This document shows, piece by piece, positions 1 through 9,864 of a stretch of DNA of 52,539 nt (position 1 is its first letter; every line of letters begins with the position of its first letter). The stretch covers positions 1 through 52,539 of the forward strand of contig JANMLN010000077.1 of assembly GCA_031372565.1 (NCBI GenBank). Reading direction: 5' to 3'. A program made the position numbers and the translations under genes. The notes under the pieces are model-generated. The model made no database searches. It was given only the letters and a program-made list of their open reading frames with translations, and had not been told where the DNA came from. This stretch comes from Gemmatimonadota bacterium (GTDB lineage: Bacteria > Gemmatimonadota > Gemmatimonadetes > Gemmatimonadales > Gemmatimonadaceae).

Positions 1-160
1 CCACCCTCGCGGGCCCCCCCCGCCATCCCAACGCCCCCGACGCGGCGGGGCGCCCCCCCACCCCCCGCGCCACCGCGCCGCCCCCCCGCCCGACGGCGCG
101 TCTTTCGTAATCCCCCGCTGGGTCGTACGTTTGCCCCACTCCAGCCCGGGGCTTTGTGCC

Positions 161-883
161 ATGCTTGTGATTGCCGCGTGCCGCCCGCTGGCGGCCGCCC
201 TCGTTCTTGCCGCCACCGTCTCTGCCTGTGCCGCAACCGTGAGCAACGGAACGCCATCACCCGCCGAGGGAGTCGCCGCGCCGTCGGGCGCGTGGCGACC
301 GCTCATCACCGGCTCCACGGCGGCCTGGCGGGGCTACAAGATGGCCGTGCTGCCTGAGGGCTGGACCGTCGCCGACGGTGTGCTTTCCAAGCAGAAGCCC
401 GTCGAGGACATCGTCTCGACCGAGCAGTTCGGCGACTTCGAACTTGAGCTCGAGTGGCGCATCAGCGACGGCGGCAACAGCGGCATCTTCTACCGCGGCA
501 CCGAGGACGAGAAGAAGATCTACTGGACCGCGCCCGAGTATCAGCTGCTCGACGACATCAAGGCGTCGGACAACAAGACGCGGCTGACCTGCGCGGGCGC
601 CGCGTATGGACTGTACCCGTCGCCCGCCGGCAACCTCAGGCCCGTGGGCGAGTGGAACCAGACGCGCATCGTCGCCAAGGGGCCCCACGTCGAGCACTGG
701 CTCAACGGGGTCAAGTTGCTCGAGTACGAGCTGCAAAGCGCCGACTGGGAAGCCAAGGTCAAGAGCAGCAAGTTCATCGCCTGGCCGCGCTACGGACGCC
801 TCGTACGCGGCCATCTCGCGCTGCAAGGCGATCATGAGGGCGCACTCGCCTTCCGCAACATCCGCATTCGGGAGCTCCCGTGA
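161..883 (+). CDS. DUF1080 (3-keto-disaccharide hydrolase family) lipoprotein
   Basis: Motifs [47 protein letters not shown]; lipobox-like VSAC; ATG at 161 preferred over TTG at 131. Confidence 0.9.
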   Translation: MLVIAACRPLAAALVLAATVSACAATVSNGTPSPAEGVAAPSGAWRPLITGSTAAWRGYKMAVLPEGWTVADGVLSKQKPVEDIVSTEQFGDFELELEWRISDGGNSGIFYRGTEDEKKIYWTAPEYQLLDDIKASDNKTRLTCAGAAYGLYPSPAGNLRPVGEWNQTRIVAKGPHVEHWLNGVKLLEYELQSADWEAKVKSSKFIAWPRYGRLVRGHLALQGDHEGALAFRNIRIRELP

Positions 884-2103
884 GCAGCACACGCGTCAAG
901 CTGTCGGTCATGATGTTCCTCCAGTACTTCGTGTGGGGGAGCTGGTTCGTGACCATGGGCACCTATCTCGGCCGGACGCTGCACTTCACCGATCCGCAGG
1001 TCGGGCTCGCCTACGGCGCGACGGCCATTGCGGCGCTCGTGTCGCCCTTCTTCGTGGGCATGGTCGCCGACCGGTTCTTAGCCAGCGAGAAGCTGCTGGC
1101 CGCGTTGCACTGTACGGGCGCCGCGCTGATGTTCCTGCTCTCGAAGCAGACCGAATTCGGCAGCTTCTACCCGCTGCTGATCGCGTATGCGTTGTGCTAC
1201 ATGCCGACGCTCTCGCTCACGAACTCGATCTCGTTCCATCACATCACCGATCCGGCCAAGGAATTTCCGCTCATCCGCGTGCTCGGCACCATCGGGTGGA
1301 TCGCGGCGGGCACGCTGGTGGGCAAGGTGCTCAAGGCGGATGCGCTCGCGTTGCCGATGCAGCTGGCGGCGGGCGGGTCGATCCTGCTCGGCCTCTTCGC
1401 GGTCACGCTGCCGCACACGCCGCCCAAGGCGGCAGGCACGCCGTTCAGCGTGCGTGATGCGCTGGGGCTCGACGCGCTGGCGCTGCTCAAGCGCCCCGAC
1501 TTCCTGGTCTTCGTGCTGGGCAGCTTCCTGCTCTGCATCCCGCTCCAGTTCTACTACACCTTCGCCAACCCGTTCCTGAACGAGATCGGCGCTCCGGAGC
1601 CGGCGTTCATCCAGACGTTCGGACAGTGGTCGGAGATCGGCTTCATGCTGATCCTGCCCTGGTGCCTGCGCAACGTCGGCATCAAGGGGATCATGCTGGT
1701 CGGCATGCTGGCCTGGGCCGTGCGCTACTTCGCGTTCGGTGCCGGCGATGCGCACGGCGGCATGTGGCTCATCTACGCCGGCATCCTGCTGCACGGTGTG
1801 TGCTACGACTTCTTCTTCGTGGCAGGACAGATCTACACGGATCAGCGGGCGGGCGAGAAGGTGCGTGCGGCCGCGCAAGGCATGATCAACTTCGTGACCA
1901 ATGGCGTGGGGTACTTCATCGGTGCGTTCGTCTCCGGCACCGTGGTGAACCGGTACGCCACCGTGAGTGCGGGCGCCGCCACCACACATGACTGGACGCG
2001 CATCTGGCCGATTCCGGCCATCGGCGCGCTGGTGGTGTTCGCGGTGTTCTTCCTGAGTTTCCGCCCGCGCGCCGAGGACAATCGCGCGCCCGTGGCGCCC
2101 TGA
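880..2103 (+). CDS. MFS nucleoside:H+ symporter family permease (NupG/YegT-like)
   Basis: [44 protein letters not shown] motifs; about 12 hydrophobic segments; GTGA overlap with upstream gene. Confidence 0.9.
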   Translation: MSSTRVKLSVMMFLQYFVWGSWFVTMGTYLGRTLHFTDPQVGLAYGATAIAALVSPFFVGMVADRFLASEKLLAALHCTGAALMFLLSKQTEFGSFYPLLIAYALCYMPTLSLTNSISFHHITDPAKEFPLIRVLGTIGWIAAGTLVGKVLKADALALPMQLAAGGSILLGLFAVTLPHTPPKAAGTPFSVRDALGLDALALLKRPDFLVFVLGSFLLCIPLQFYYTFANPFLNEIGAPEPAFIQTFGQWSEIGFMLILPWCLRNVGIKGIMLVGMLAWAVRYFAFGAGDAHGGMWLIYAGILLHGVCYDFFFVAGQIYTDQRAGEKVRAAAQGMINFVTNGVGYFIGAFVSGTVVNRYATVSAGAATTHDWTRIWPIPAIGALVVFAVFFLSFRPRAEDNRAPVAP

Positions 2104-2128
2104 CCCGTATGCCCCTGAGGAGCACGCC

Positions 2129-3466
2129 ATGACGGACCGCCCGCTCTCGCGCCGCAACTTCGTCGGTGACATCATGGTCGCCGGTGCGGCCTTCTCGATC
2201 GTGCCGCGCCATGTGCTGGGCCGCGGCTTTCGCGCACCCAGCGACACGCTCAACGTTGCCTGCATCGGCGTGGGCGGCATGGGCGGCAGCGATGTGCGCG
2301 GCATGAGCGAGCACAACCTCGTCGCCTTTGCCGACGTGGACTGGGTCAGCGCAGAACGATCGTTCCTGGCATATCCCAAGGCCAAGCGGTACAAGGACTG
2401 GCGCGAGATGCTCGACAAGGAGCAGAAGTCGATCGACGCCGTGACCGTCAGCACCCCCGATCACACGCACGCGGCCGCCGGCATGGCCGCCCTCAAGCTC
2501 GGCAAGCACACCTACGTCCAGAAGCCGCTCGCGCGGACACTGGGCGAGATCCGTGCGCTGAAGGCCGAGGCCGCGCGTCGCCCGAAGCAGGCCACGCAGA
2601 TGGGCAATCAGGGACATGCCGGCGAGGGCATTCGACAGATCCGCGAGTGGGTCGAGGCTGGCGCCATCGGGACGGTGCGCGAAGTGCGGTGCTGGACCAA
2701 CCGGCCGATCTGGCCGCAGGGCATGCGCCGCCCGACCGACGCGCACAATGTGCCGCCCACGCTCGACTGGAACCTCTGGCTCGGACCGGTGGCCGACCGA
2801 CCGTACCATCCGTCGTACGCACCGTTCAACTGGCGCGGCTGGTGGGACTTCGGGACCGGCGCCATGGGCGACATGGCCTGTCACATCATGGACGCCGCGT
2901 TCTGGGTGAACGACCTGCGCTATCCCACGCGCATCGTGCCGGAGAGCACCACGCTGTTCGCCGAAACGGCCCCCAAGGCGTCGCGCATCACGTACGAGTT
3001 CGCCGCGCGCAACGGTCGACCGCCGCTCCTGGTCACCTGGCGCGACGGGTCGATCTATCCGCCTCGGCCGCAGGACTGGCCCGATGCCAAGGCGTGGCCG
3101 TTCGACGACAGCGGACAGCTCTGGATCGGCGACAAGGGGACGCTCATTGCCGGCACCTACGGCGAGAACCCGCGCCTGTCGAACGATGAGGCGCACAAGG
3201 CACTGCTCGCCAACAAGCCCGCCGAGAAGTACCCGCGCGTGCGGGGGGTGTACGGGGAGTGGATTGATGCGATCAAGGGTGGCACGCAGCCCGGGTCAAG
3301 CTTCGCCAGCTACGCCGGGCCCCTGACGGAGATGATTGCGCTCGGGAACCTCGCCGTCCGGACGGGACGAACGCTCGAGCTCGATCCGGAATCCGGCGCG
3401 ATCACGAACACCACGGTGCCGTCGGAGTTCATCATGCCGACGTATCGGCCGGGCTGGGCGTTGTAG
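2129..3466 (+). CDS. Gfo/Idh/MocA family oxidoreductase, Tat-exported
   Basis: SRRNF Tat motif, IGVGGMG, STPDHTH, YVQKP, FGTGAMGDMACH; GAGGAG RBS. Confidence 0.92.
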   Translation: MTDRPLSRRNFVGDIMVAGAAFSIVPRHVLGRGFRAPSDTLNVACIGVGGMGGSDVRGMSEHNLVAFADVDWVSAERSFLAYPKAKRYKDWREMLDKEQKSIDAVTVSTPDHTHAAAGMAALKLGKHTYVQKPLARTLGEIRALKAEAARRPKQATQMGNQGHAGEGIRQIREWVEAGAIGTVREVRCWTNRPIWPQGMRRPTDAHNVPPTLDWNLWLGPVADRPYHPSYAPFNWRGWWDFGTGAMGDMACHIMDAAFWVNDLRYPTRIVPESTTLFAETAPKASRITYEFAARNGRPPLLVTWRDGSIYPPRPQDWPDAKAWPFDDSGQLWIGDKGTLIAGTYGENPRLSNDEAHKALLANKPAEKYPRVRGVYGEWIDAIKGGTQPGSSFASYAGPLTEMIALGNLAVRTGRTLELDPESGAITNTTVPSEFIMPTYRPGWAL

Positions 3467-3473
3467 TGTGAGC

Positions 3474-5402
3474 ATGCGGCACTCCGCGAAGCTGCGCGCC
3501 GTTGCGCTCGCCCCCCTCCTCAGCGAGCGGTTCAGCGTGGTGCGCGAGCTTGGCGGCAGTGCGGCGGCCACGGTGCTGCTGGCCATGGACCGGCACCTGG
3601 GACGCGAAGTCGCCGTCAAGGTGTTCGAGCCCGACACCGGGTCCGCCAGCCGACAGCGATTCGACCGCGAGATCCTGCTGACGTCGCGTCTGCGCCATCC
3701 GCTCGTCGTTCCGGTCATCGATCATGGCACCATCGCGAACCATCCGTTCTACGTGATGCCGTTCGTCGCCGACGAGACGCTCCGGGTCGCACTCCATCGC
3801 GCGGAGCGCTACGAGGTCGCGGAGGCGGTGCGCATCGCGCTGGACCTGACCGAGGCACTGGCGTTTGCGCACGCGGCGGGGGTCATTCATCGGGACGTGA
3901 AGCCGGAGAACGTGTTCACCGGTGTGTCGCACACGCAGCTCACCGACTTCGGCATTGCCACGGCCATCGGTTCGTCGGAGGGGATGCGGCTGACCGAGAG
4001 TGGCGTCGTGCACGGCACCGCGATGTACATGAGCCCCGAGCAGGCGATGGGCCGACACGACCTGGACGGCCGCTGCGACCTGTATGCGCTCGGGTGCGTG
4101 CTCTGGGAACTTCTGGCGGGTGCGCCGCCATATCGCCACCCCAACATCATGCAGTTGGTGTCGATGCACCTGCAGGCCCCGATTCCCGACTTGCTGGCAG
4201 TCGCTCCCGACGCGCCACGCGCACTGGTCAAGCTGATGATCATGCTGCTCGCCAAGTCGCGCGACGACCGACCCGCGACGGCCGCCGAGGTGCATGAGCA
4301 GTTGCTCGCGATCCGTCGCGAGGTGACGGGCCAGCTCTCGGTCCCGACCATGACACCCACGCCGCTCGGCGTCGACGCGGTGACGCCGGCGATGATGGCA
4401 ACGCGCCAGGGACGCAGCCTCCTCGCGCGGGGCCTGGCCGGCGGCGCCGGGGCGGTCGATGCATTGCGCGTGGCCCGCACCTACTTCGAACGTGCGCTGG
4501 CGCTGGACGACGATCACCAATCCGCGCGCCTGGGGCTGGCCGAGGTGATTCAGGCGCTGGGGGTCGCTGGCGTGGACAATCCCGAGCAGTCGCGCCGCGA
4601 GTCGGCGGCGCTGCGCATGAGCGTCGTCCAGCGCGCGAGCCCGTCGGCCGAGGTCCTCACCGTGTTGGCCGAGACGTTGCTCTACTGGGAAGACGACATC
4701 GCGGCGGCTGGACGAAACCTCGCGAGGGCGCTCGCCATCGATCCCCAGCATCCGGGCGCCCTGCGGCTGCACGGGATCTGGCTCAAGATGATGGGTCGGT
4801 CGGAAGAGGCGGCGCAGCACCTGCGTGCGGCCGTGCTCCTGCACCCGCGCGACGTCGACATGCATCTCGCATTGGCCGACGCGCTGAGTGCCCTCGGCCG
4901 CGACCTTGAAGCACTGCGCGAGCTGCAGATGGCGCGGCGTCCTGATCCGCGACATGCCGGCGCGCTGGAGCGGACCGCGCGCGCGGCACATCGCGTCGGG
5001 CTCGTGGCCCAGGCGATCGAGGCCTACCGGGGGTGGCTGATGCAGCGGGGACCCGCCACCCGCGTGGCCGCGTTCGATGCCGACGTGAAGTCGCGTGGTT
5101 GGACGGACGCACGACGAGCCGATCTCAAGCGCGAGCTCGACGGCCTGATGCGCCGTGCTGCGGCGGAAGATCCGTTCATGCCTCGGGGCTCGCACCGCCA
5201 GGTCGCGGATGATCTGGTCGTGGTCCTGGCCGACCTCGGCCTCTGGACCGAGGCGATGGATTGCCTGATCGAGGGCGCGCGACGCCGGCCGGCGCGACTG
5301 CGACTGGCGTTGACCGACCTTCCCATGGACCGACGCGGGCTCGCCAGCGACCCGCGCTACGCCCCACTGCTCCGCGACGCGGGGCTCGAGGAACTCACAT
5401 GA
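3474..5402 (+). CDS. Hanks-type Ser/Thr protein kinase with C-terminal TPR repeats
   Basis: VAVK, HRDVKPEN, DFG, GTAMYMSPEQ, DLYALG; TPR-like helices (ALAIDPQH, AVLLHPRD). Confidence 0.88.
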   Translation: MRHSAKLRAVALAPLLSERFSVVRELGGSAAATVLLAMDRHLGREVAVKVFEPDTGSASRQRFDREILLTSRLRHPLVVPVIDHGTIANHPFYVMPFVADETLRVALHRAERYEVAEAVRIALDLTEALAFAHAAGVIHRDVKPENVFTGVSHTQLTDFGIATAIGSSEGMRLTESGVVHGTAMYMSPEQAMGRHDLDGRCDLYALGCVLWELLAGAPPYRHPNIMQLVSMHLQAPIPDLLAVAPDAPRALVKLMIMLLAKSRDDRPATAAEVHEQLLAIRREVTGQLSVPTMTPTPLGVDAVTPAMMATRQGRSLLARGLAGGAGAVDALRVARTYFERALALDDDHQSARLGLAEVIQALGVAGVDNPEQSRRESAALRMSVVQRASPSAEVLTVLAETLLYWEDDIAAAGRNLARALAIDPQHPGALRLHGIWLKMMGRSEEAAQHLRAAVLLHPRDVDMHLALADALSALGRDLEALRELQMARRPDPRHAGALERTARAAHRVGLVAQAIEAYRGWLMQRGPATRVAAFDADVKSRGWTDARRADLKRELDGLMRRAAAEDPFMPRGSHRQVADDLVVVLADLGLWTEAMDCLIEGARRRPARLRLALTDLPMDRRGLASDPRYAPLLRDAGLEELT

Positions 5403-6037
5403 GCGTGCTGGTTGAAGCTGCGGTGGAGTCGTTCGGCCGGGCCTTCGACGCGCAGCAGAGTGGCTGCAAGCGCATCGAGCTGTGCGGGTCGTTGCACAAC
5501 GGCGGCGTGACGCCCAGCGCCGGGTTGATCGCACGATGCTCCCAGCGGCTGATCACCTCCGTGCACGTGCTCATCCGCCCGCGCACGGGAAGCTTTGTCT
5601 ACGACGAGGATGACGTCGGCATCATGATGAAGGACATCCTCGTGGCCAAGGAGCTCGATGCCGACGGCGTGATGATCGGCGCGTTGACCGCCGAGGGAGA
5701 CATCGACGTGGCGGTGATCTCGGAGCTGATGGCGGTGGCGACGCCGATGAAGGTGGGGTTTCATCGCGCGTTCGACGACGTGACGGATCAGGACGAGGCG
5801 CTGGAGTTGCTCGTCTCCCTGCAGCTCGATTCGATCCTCACGACCGGCGGCAAGCCGACGGCCATGGAGGGCGCGGCGCAGTTGGCGCACCTCGTGAACC
5901 GTGCGCACGACCGGATCACCATCATCGGTGCCGGGTCAGTGACGGCAGCGAACGCGGCGGCGCTGGTGAAGGCGACCGGGGTGAAGGAGTTGCATGCGTC
6001 GCGGTTTGAAGGGATCGCAGCGGCGGTGAACGGCTGA
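5399..6037 (+). CDS. cutC: Copper homeostasis protein CutC family
   Basis: RIELC, GGVTPS, HVLIRPR, FHRAFD, ILTTGG, ELHAS; ATGA overlap with kinase stop. Confidence 0.9.
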   Translation: MSVLVEAAVESFGRAFDAQQSGCKRIELCGSLHNGGVTPSAGLIARCSQRLITSVHVLIRPRTGSFVYDEDDVGIMMKDILVAKELDADGVMIGALTAEGDIDVAVISELMAVATPMKVGFHRAFDDVTDQDEALELLVSLQLDSILTTGGKPTAMEGAAQLAHLVNRAHDRITIIGAGSVTAANAAALVKATGVKELHASRFEGIAAAVNG

Positions 6038-6071
6038 GGCGACACGTCGCACGGGTCCGACCCGCACGTCG

Positions 6072-7199
6072 CTACCGCGCTGGCAGCGGCATGAGCGACG
6101 CTGCTGCACGTGGCGTCGCCGTCCGGTAGTCGAGCCCCAGCGCCGCCGCCACGCTCGCCGCGACCTGCCCCTGCGTCACCCGCGCCGTGGTGATCTCGCC
6201 CAGTTTCTGCGCGCGCGCGCCGAACGTCGCGATCCAGATCCGTTCGGCGCCATCCACGGTCCGCCCGTGATCGGTCCAGCGGTCGCCATCGCCGCGGCCG
6301 TGGTCGGTCGTCACGATGAAGGTGACGCCGTCCCTGTACGCAGGTATCGCCTTCATCGTGTTCCACAGCTCCTCGACGAAGCCGTCGACGCCGCGCGCCG
6401 ACCGCAGGTACAAGTCGTAGCGCTTCTCGTGCGCCCACTCGTCGGTCTCGCCGTAGCCCACGTAGAGCGCACGTGGCGCATGGCGCTTCACTTCAGCGAT
6501 GACGAGCGCCTGCATCTGCGCGTCGAACGACATCCCGTCGCCGAACGGCCGCGTCATCGTGGCGTACAGCCGCGCCAACGTCGGATCCCGGACATCGGCC
6601 GGCAGCGGGTCGAATGCGGCGTGCACCGGGAACGCGGCTCGACCCACATTGAAGATTCGCCGGAACGCGTCCCATGAGCCGAACGCGAGCACCCGGCCAG
6701 CGAACCCCGGCTGTGCATGGATCCAGTCGAAGACGGTCCGGTTCCGGTTCGGCGGATCCTCGTTGCTGTTGATGGTCGAATCGGGGAAGCCGGTGAGGAG
6801 CTCGTTGTAGCCCGGGTAGGAGAAGTTGCGCCCGTTGAGCACCACCGCCTCGGAACGAGCGGACGCATGGCCCCACACGCTGCCGTTGCGCTCGATCTGG
6901 CTCCAGAGGAATGGCCAGATGGCACGACGACGGGCGTCCGGTGTTGCCCGCCAGAAGTCGCGCTGCAGCGACGCCGTGTCAGCCACGCCACTCGCTGCGT
7001 TCATGCGAGCGGCGTCGGCGCCCGTGAACAGCTCCTGCCAGCGGAAGCCGTCGGTCACGATGAGCACGACCGCAGGCCCGCTCGACGTGCCGCTCGGTGG
7101 ACGCGGATGCTGTGCCTGCAGCGACGTCAATCCAGCGGCCGCCAGCAGCGCGACGCTGGCCAGTCGTGCGCCCAGACGCCGCGCCCATGGTGCGGCCAC
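6072..7199 (-). CDS. Alkaline-phosphatase-superfamily secreted protein (phosphoglyceromutase-like)
   Basis: LIVTDGFRWQE, FSYPGY, GETDEWAH, TTDHGRG metal and nucleophile motifs; signal peptide after GTG at 7199 (start uncertain). Confidence 0.8.
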   Translation of the reverse strand: MAAPWARRLGARLASVALLAAAGLTSLQAQHPRPPSGTSSGPAVVLIVTDGFRWQELFTGADAARMNAASGVADTASLQRDFWRATPDARRRAIWPFLWSQIERNGSVWGHASARSEAVVLNGRNFSYPGYNELLTGFPDSTINSNEDPPNRNRTVFDWIHAQPGFAGRVLAFGSWDAFRRIFNVGRAAFPVHAAFDPLPADVRDPTLARLYATMTRPFGDGMSFDAQMQALVIAEVKRHAPRALYVGYGETDEWAHEKRYDLYLRSARGVDGFVEELWNTMKAIPAYRDGVTFIVTTDHGRGDGDRWTDHGRTVDGAERIWIATFGARAQKLGEITTARVTQGQVAASVAAALGLDYRTATPRAAASLMPLPAR

Positions 7200-7207
7200 G
7201 CGCAGGA

Positions 7208-8449
7208 CTACCGCGGCTTCCACGTCCCCTTCGCAACCTGCGGCACGAACTTCTCGATGCCGCGCGGCGGGACCGCCAGCGTCTTGCCCTCCTCGGCGCT
7301 CTTGTACGCCGTCATGAGCATCTTGCACACCTCCACGCCATCGTCCCACGTCACCAGCGCCTTCTCGAGCCCCAGGAACGCCCGACAGAAGTGCCGATTC
7401 TCCCCGGTGTACCCGTACGCCGCGTACTCCTCCGGCACGACCGGCATGACGCCCTGCTCGGCGTTCTGCTTCTCCACGAGATCCTCGCCCGAGCGGCCGC
7501 GCACCTCCCGGCTGAAGAACAGCTGCAGACCGCTGTCGAGCGAGTTCCATCGCATCGAGTACTCGGGCCCGAGCAACTCGGCCGACAGCCGGAGCCCGGC
7601 ACCCACAAAGCTCCACGACGTCGTCGCCTCACCAATCACGGTCAGTCCATCGTCTGTCTCGAACTCGATCGCGACCGAGGCAAAGTCCTCGGAGGGGCGC
7701 TTCGCATAGTCGACCGCCGGTCCCATCGCCTTCTTGAGCTTGGCCACATACGCCGGGCGTGACCACTTGAGCGATGCGATCTGCCCGGTGATCCGCGTCG
7801 GGCGCACCGTGCTGAGCGGTTCGCCCGGCTTCGTCAGCAGGTGTTGCACCATGAGCGCCGAGTGACACATCATGTCGTTGAGCACGCCACCGCCCTGCAG
7901 GTTCCCCTGCCAGAACCACGGCATGTGCGGCCCCGCATGCTCTTCGGCAGCGCGAGCCAGGTACGGCCGACCCGTCGTGGCCGCGCCCCGCGCCCAGAGC
8001 AGGTTGCGGCCCGCCTCGACGTGCGGCGCGAACAGCTGATTCTCGAGGTATCCCGTGGGAATCCCGGCCGCCTTGACCAGTTTGTTGACCTTGATGGCCT
8101 CAGCCACGTTGCGCGCGAGCGGCTTCTCGCATGCGATCCCGAGCAATGGCGCGCGTCGCTCGCGTGCCACGCGGACAATCGTCTCGATATTCTCGATCCG
8201 CGCATGATTGGCGCCGCAGAGCCAGATCGCTTCGATGGCCGGGTCCAGCACCATCGCCTCGAGCGACCGGTAGGCGGTCGCATCGCCCACATCGAGCTCC
8301 TTGGCGAGCTTGGCCGCCTTCACGGCGTTCTTGTGATTGGGGCTCCAGATGCCGCGGACATCCGCCTCGCGGACGGCCACCATGGAGCGCAGGTGGAACT
8401 GCGCGTTGAATCCGGAGCCGACGAAGCCGATACCGAGGGTGCGGGCCAT
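7208..8449 (-). CDS. Gfo/Idh/MocA family oxidoreductase (cytoplasmic)
   Basis: GFVGSGF Rossmann motif, CEKPLA, GGGVLNDMMCH; ATG at 8449. Confidence 0.88.
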   Translation of the reverse strand: MARTLGIGFVGSGFNAQFHLRSMVAVREADVRGIWSPNHKNAVKAAKLAKELDVGDATAYRSLEAMVLDPAIEAIWLCGANHARIENIETIVRVARERRAPLLGIACEKPLARNVAEAIKVNKLVKAAGIPTGYLENQLFAPHVEAGRNLLWARGAATTGRPYLARAAEEHAGPHMPWFWQGNLQGGGVLNDMMCHSALMVQHLLTKPGEPLSTVRPTRITGQIASLKWSRPAYVAKLKKAMGPAVDYAKRPSEDFASVAIEFETDDGLTVIGEATTSWSFVGAGLRLSAELLGPEYSMRWNSLDSGLQLFFSREVRGRSGEDLVEKQNAEQGVMPVVPEEYAAYGYTGENRHFCRAFLGLEKALVTWDDGVEVCKMLMTAYKSAEEGKTLAVPPRGIEKFVPQVAKGTWKPR

Positions 8450-8463
8450 GGGAACGTGTGAGG

Positions 8464-9864
8464 TCAGGGGGTGACGGACGACCGGCGAGCGCCGATGAGG
8501 TACCACGATTCCTGCCGAGGATGAAAGAACTTCCACCCGTCGTTGGTGAGATAGGCGTCGTCTTCCATCATGACCGCAACGCCTTGGCCACCCCACTCCG
8601 GGACCGGTGTGGTGGTGTTCAGTTCGATCGAGATGTACGATCCGAGCCGCAGCGTCTTGGGGAGCTCGGCCGGATCACGCTGTGCAGAGCGGAAGTCGAT
8701 GCCGGCGCCGAGCCCGTGGCCCTGCACGCCGATCGGATGCGAGTAGATCATGGCCGTGATGCCGCGCGCCTTCATGTCGGCCATCGTCGAATCGTAGACC
8801 GATGCGGCCGTCCGGCCCGGGCGGGAGAAGCGCTGCATCATCACGTCCTGCAGCGTGTTCGTGTTCTTCATGGCCGCCTTGAGACCCGCTGGCACGTCCG
8901 TCTCTCCGGGGAGCAGCACATAGCCCATCTTCTGCCAGTCGGTATCGAAACCCATGGCCGTGATGCCGAAGTCGAGATGGATCACGTCACCGCGGCGGAT
9001 GACCGTGCTCTCGGCCGCCACGGCGAGGAAGCCACGCGAGGTCGCGTTGTTCGACGACTTGCGCTGCACGCGCATGTCGGGCTGGAACCAGGTGCGCACC
9101 CCGGCGGCCCACATGGCATCGTAGAGCCAGCGACGCACGTCGCCGACCGTGGACTTGTCCGGCGTGATCACCTCGTCGGACAGGGCGCGCTTGGTGATCT
9201 GGTCCGTGAGGCGCACCAGCGTCGTGTACGACGCGGCTTCGTCCGGCAGGCGCGTGTCGCAGTACTCCTCGATGAGTGACGCCGCGCTCACGATCCGGGC
9301 CTTCCCCTCGGGCCCCAGTGCATCGGCGATCAGCGTGTAGCTGTCGTGCGTGAGCGAGCGCTGCACGCCGCGGCGGCCGCCGATCGAGAGGCCGATCGTC
9401 GCGGGCTTGTGCTCGGCGACGAGCGCGGCAATGGTCTGCGCGGGCGGCTTGGGTTCGTTGCTCGACTCGAAGAAGCGCGCCGTGTTCTCCTCGGCGTAGC
9501 CCGTGATGGCCACCTTGCGCAGCCGATCGCCGGCATCGATGAAGACGAAGATGTCGCGGTTGCCGGTGTACGGGCGTGGCGGCGCAACGAGCTGCGTGAG
9601 CGGGTCGTCGTGAAACTCCTCGTTGACGACGATCCACATGGCGATCTTGTGGCGGCGCATCATGTCGAGCAGCATCGCGTGGCGCTGGACGAGCCATCCT
9701 TCACGAATGCGGATCTGCTCGGACCAGGTCGGAAGGACGATCTGGGCCTTGGCGCCGCTTGGCGCGACGGCTGGAGTGCGCCGTGCCACCGGTTGGGCGG
9801 CCGCAGTCGACGCGAGCGCCGCCGCACACGCGGCTGCGAGGAGGGAGCGCTGTATCATGATCAT
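8464..9864 (-). CDS. M24 family (Xaa-Pro) metallopeptidase, secreted
   Basis: Signal peptide; pita-bread metal ligands in LDFG..TDWQ, YSHPIG..GH, SIE, MMEDD. Confidence 0.85.
   Translation of the reverse strand: MIMIQRSLLAAACAAALASTAAAQPVARRTPAVAPSGAKAQIVLPTWSEQIRIREGWLVQRHAMLLDMMRRHKIAMWIVVNEEFHDDPLTQLVAPPRPYTGNRDIFVFIDAGDRLRKVAITGYAEENTARFFESSNEPKPPAQTIAALVAEHKPATIGLSIGGRRGVQRSLTHDSYTLIADALGPEGKARIVSAASLIEEYCDTRLPDEAASYTTLVRLTDQITKRALSDEVITPDKSTVGDVRRWLYDAMWAAGVRTWFQPDMRVQRKSSNNATSRGFLAVAAESTVIRRGDVIHLDFGITAMGFDTDWQKMGYVLLPGETDVPAGLKAAMKNTNTLQDVMMQRFSRPGRTAASVYDSTMADMKARGITAMIYSHPIGVQGHGLGAGIDFRSAQRDPAELPKTLRLGSYISIELNTTTPVPEWGGQGVAVMMEDDAYLTNDGWKFFHPRQESWYLIGARRSSVTP

Noticed and set aside
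1..120. C-rich low-complexity tract (possible G-quadruplex on the minus strand)
   Set aside because: It lies at the window edge, has irregular poly-C runs and may be low-quality sequence; no function is supportable
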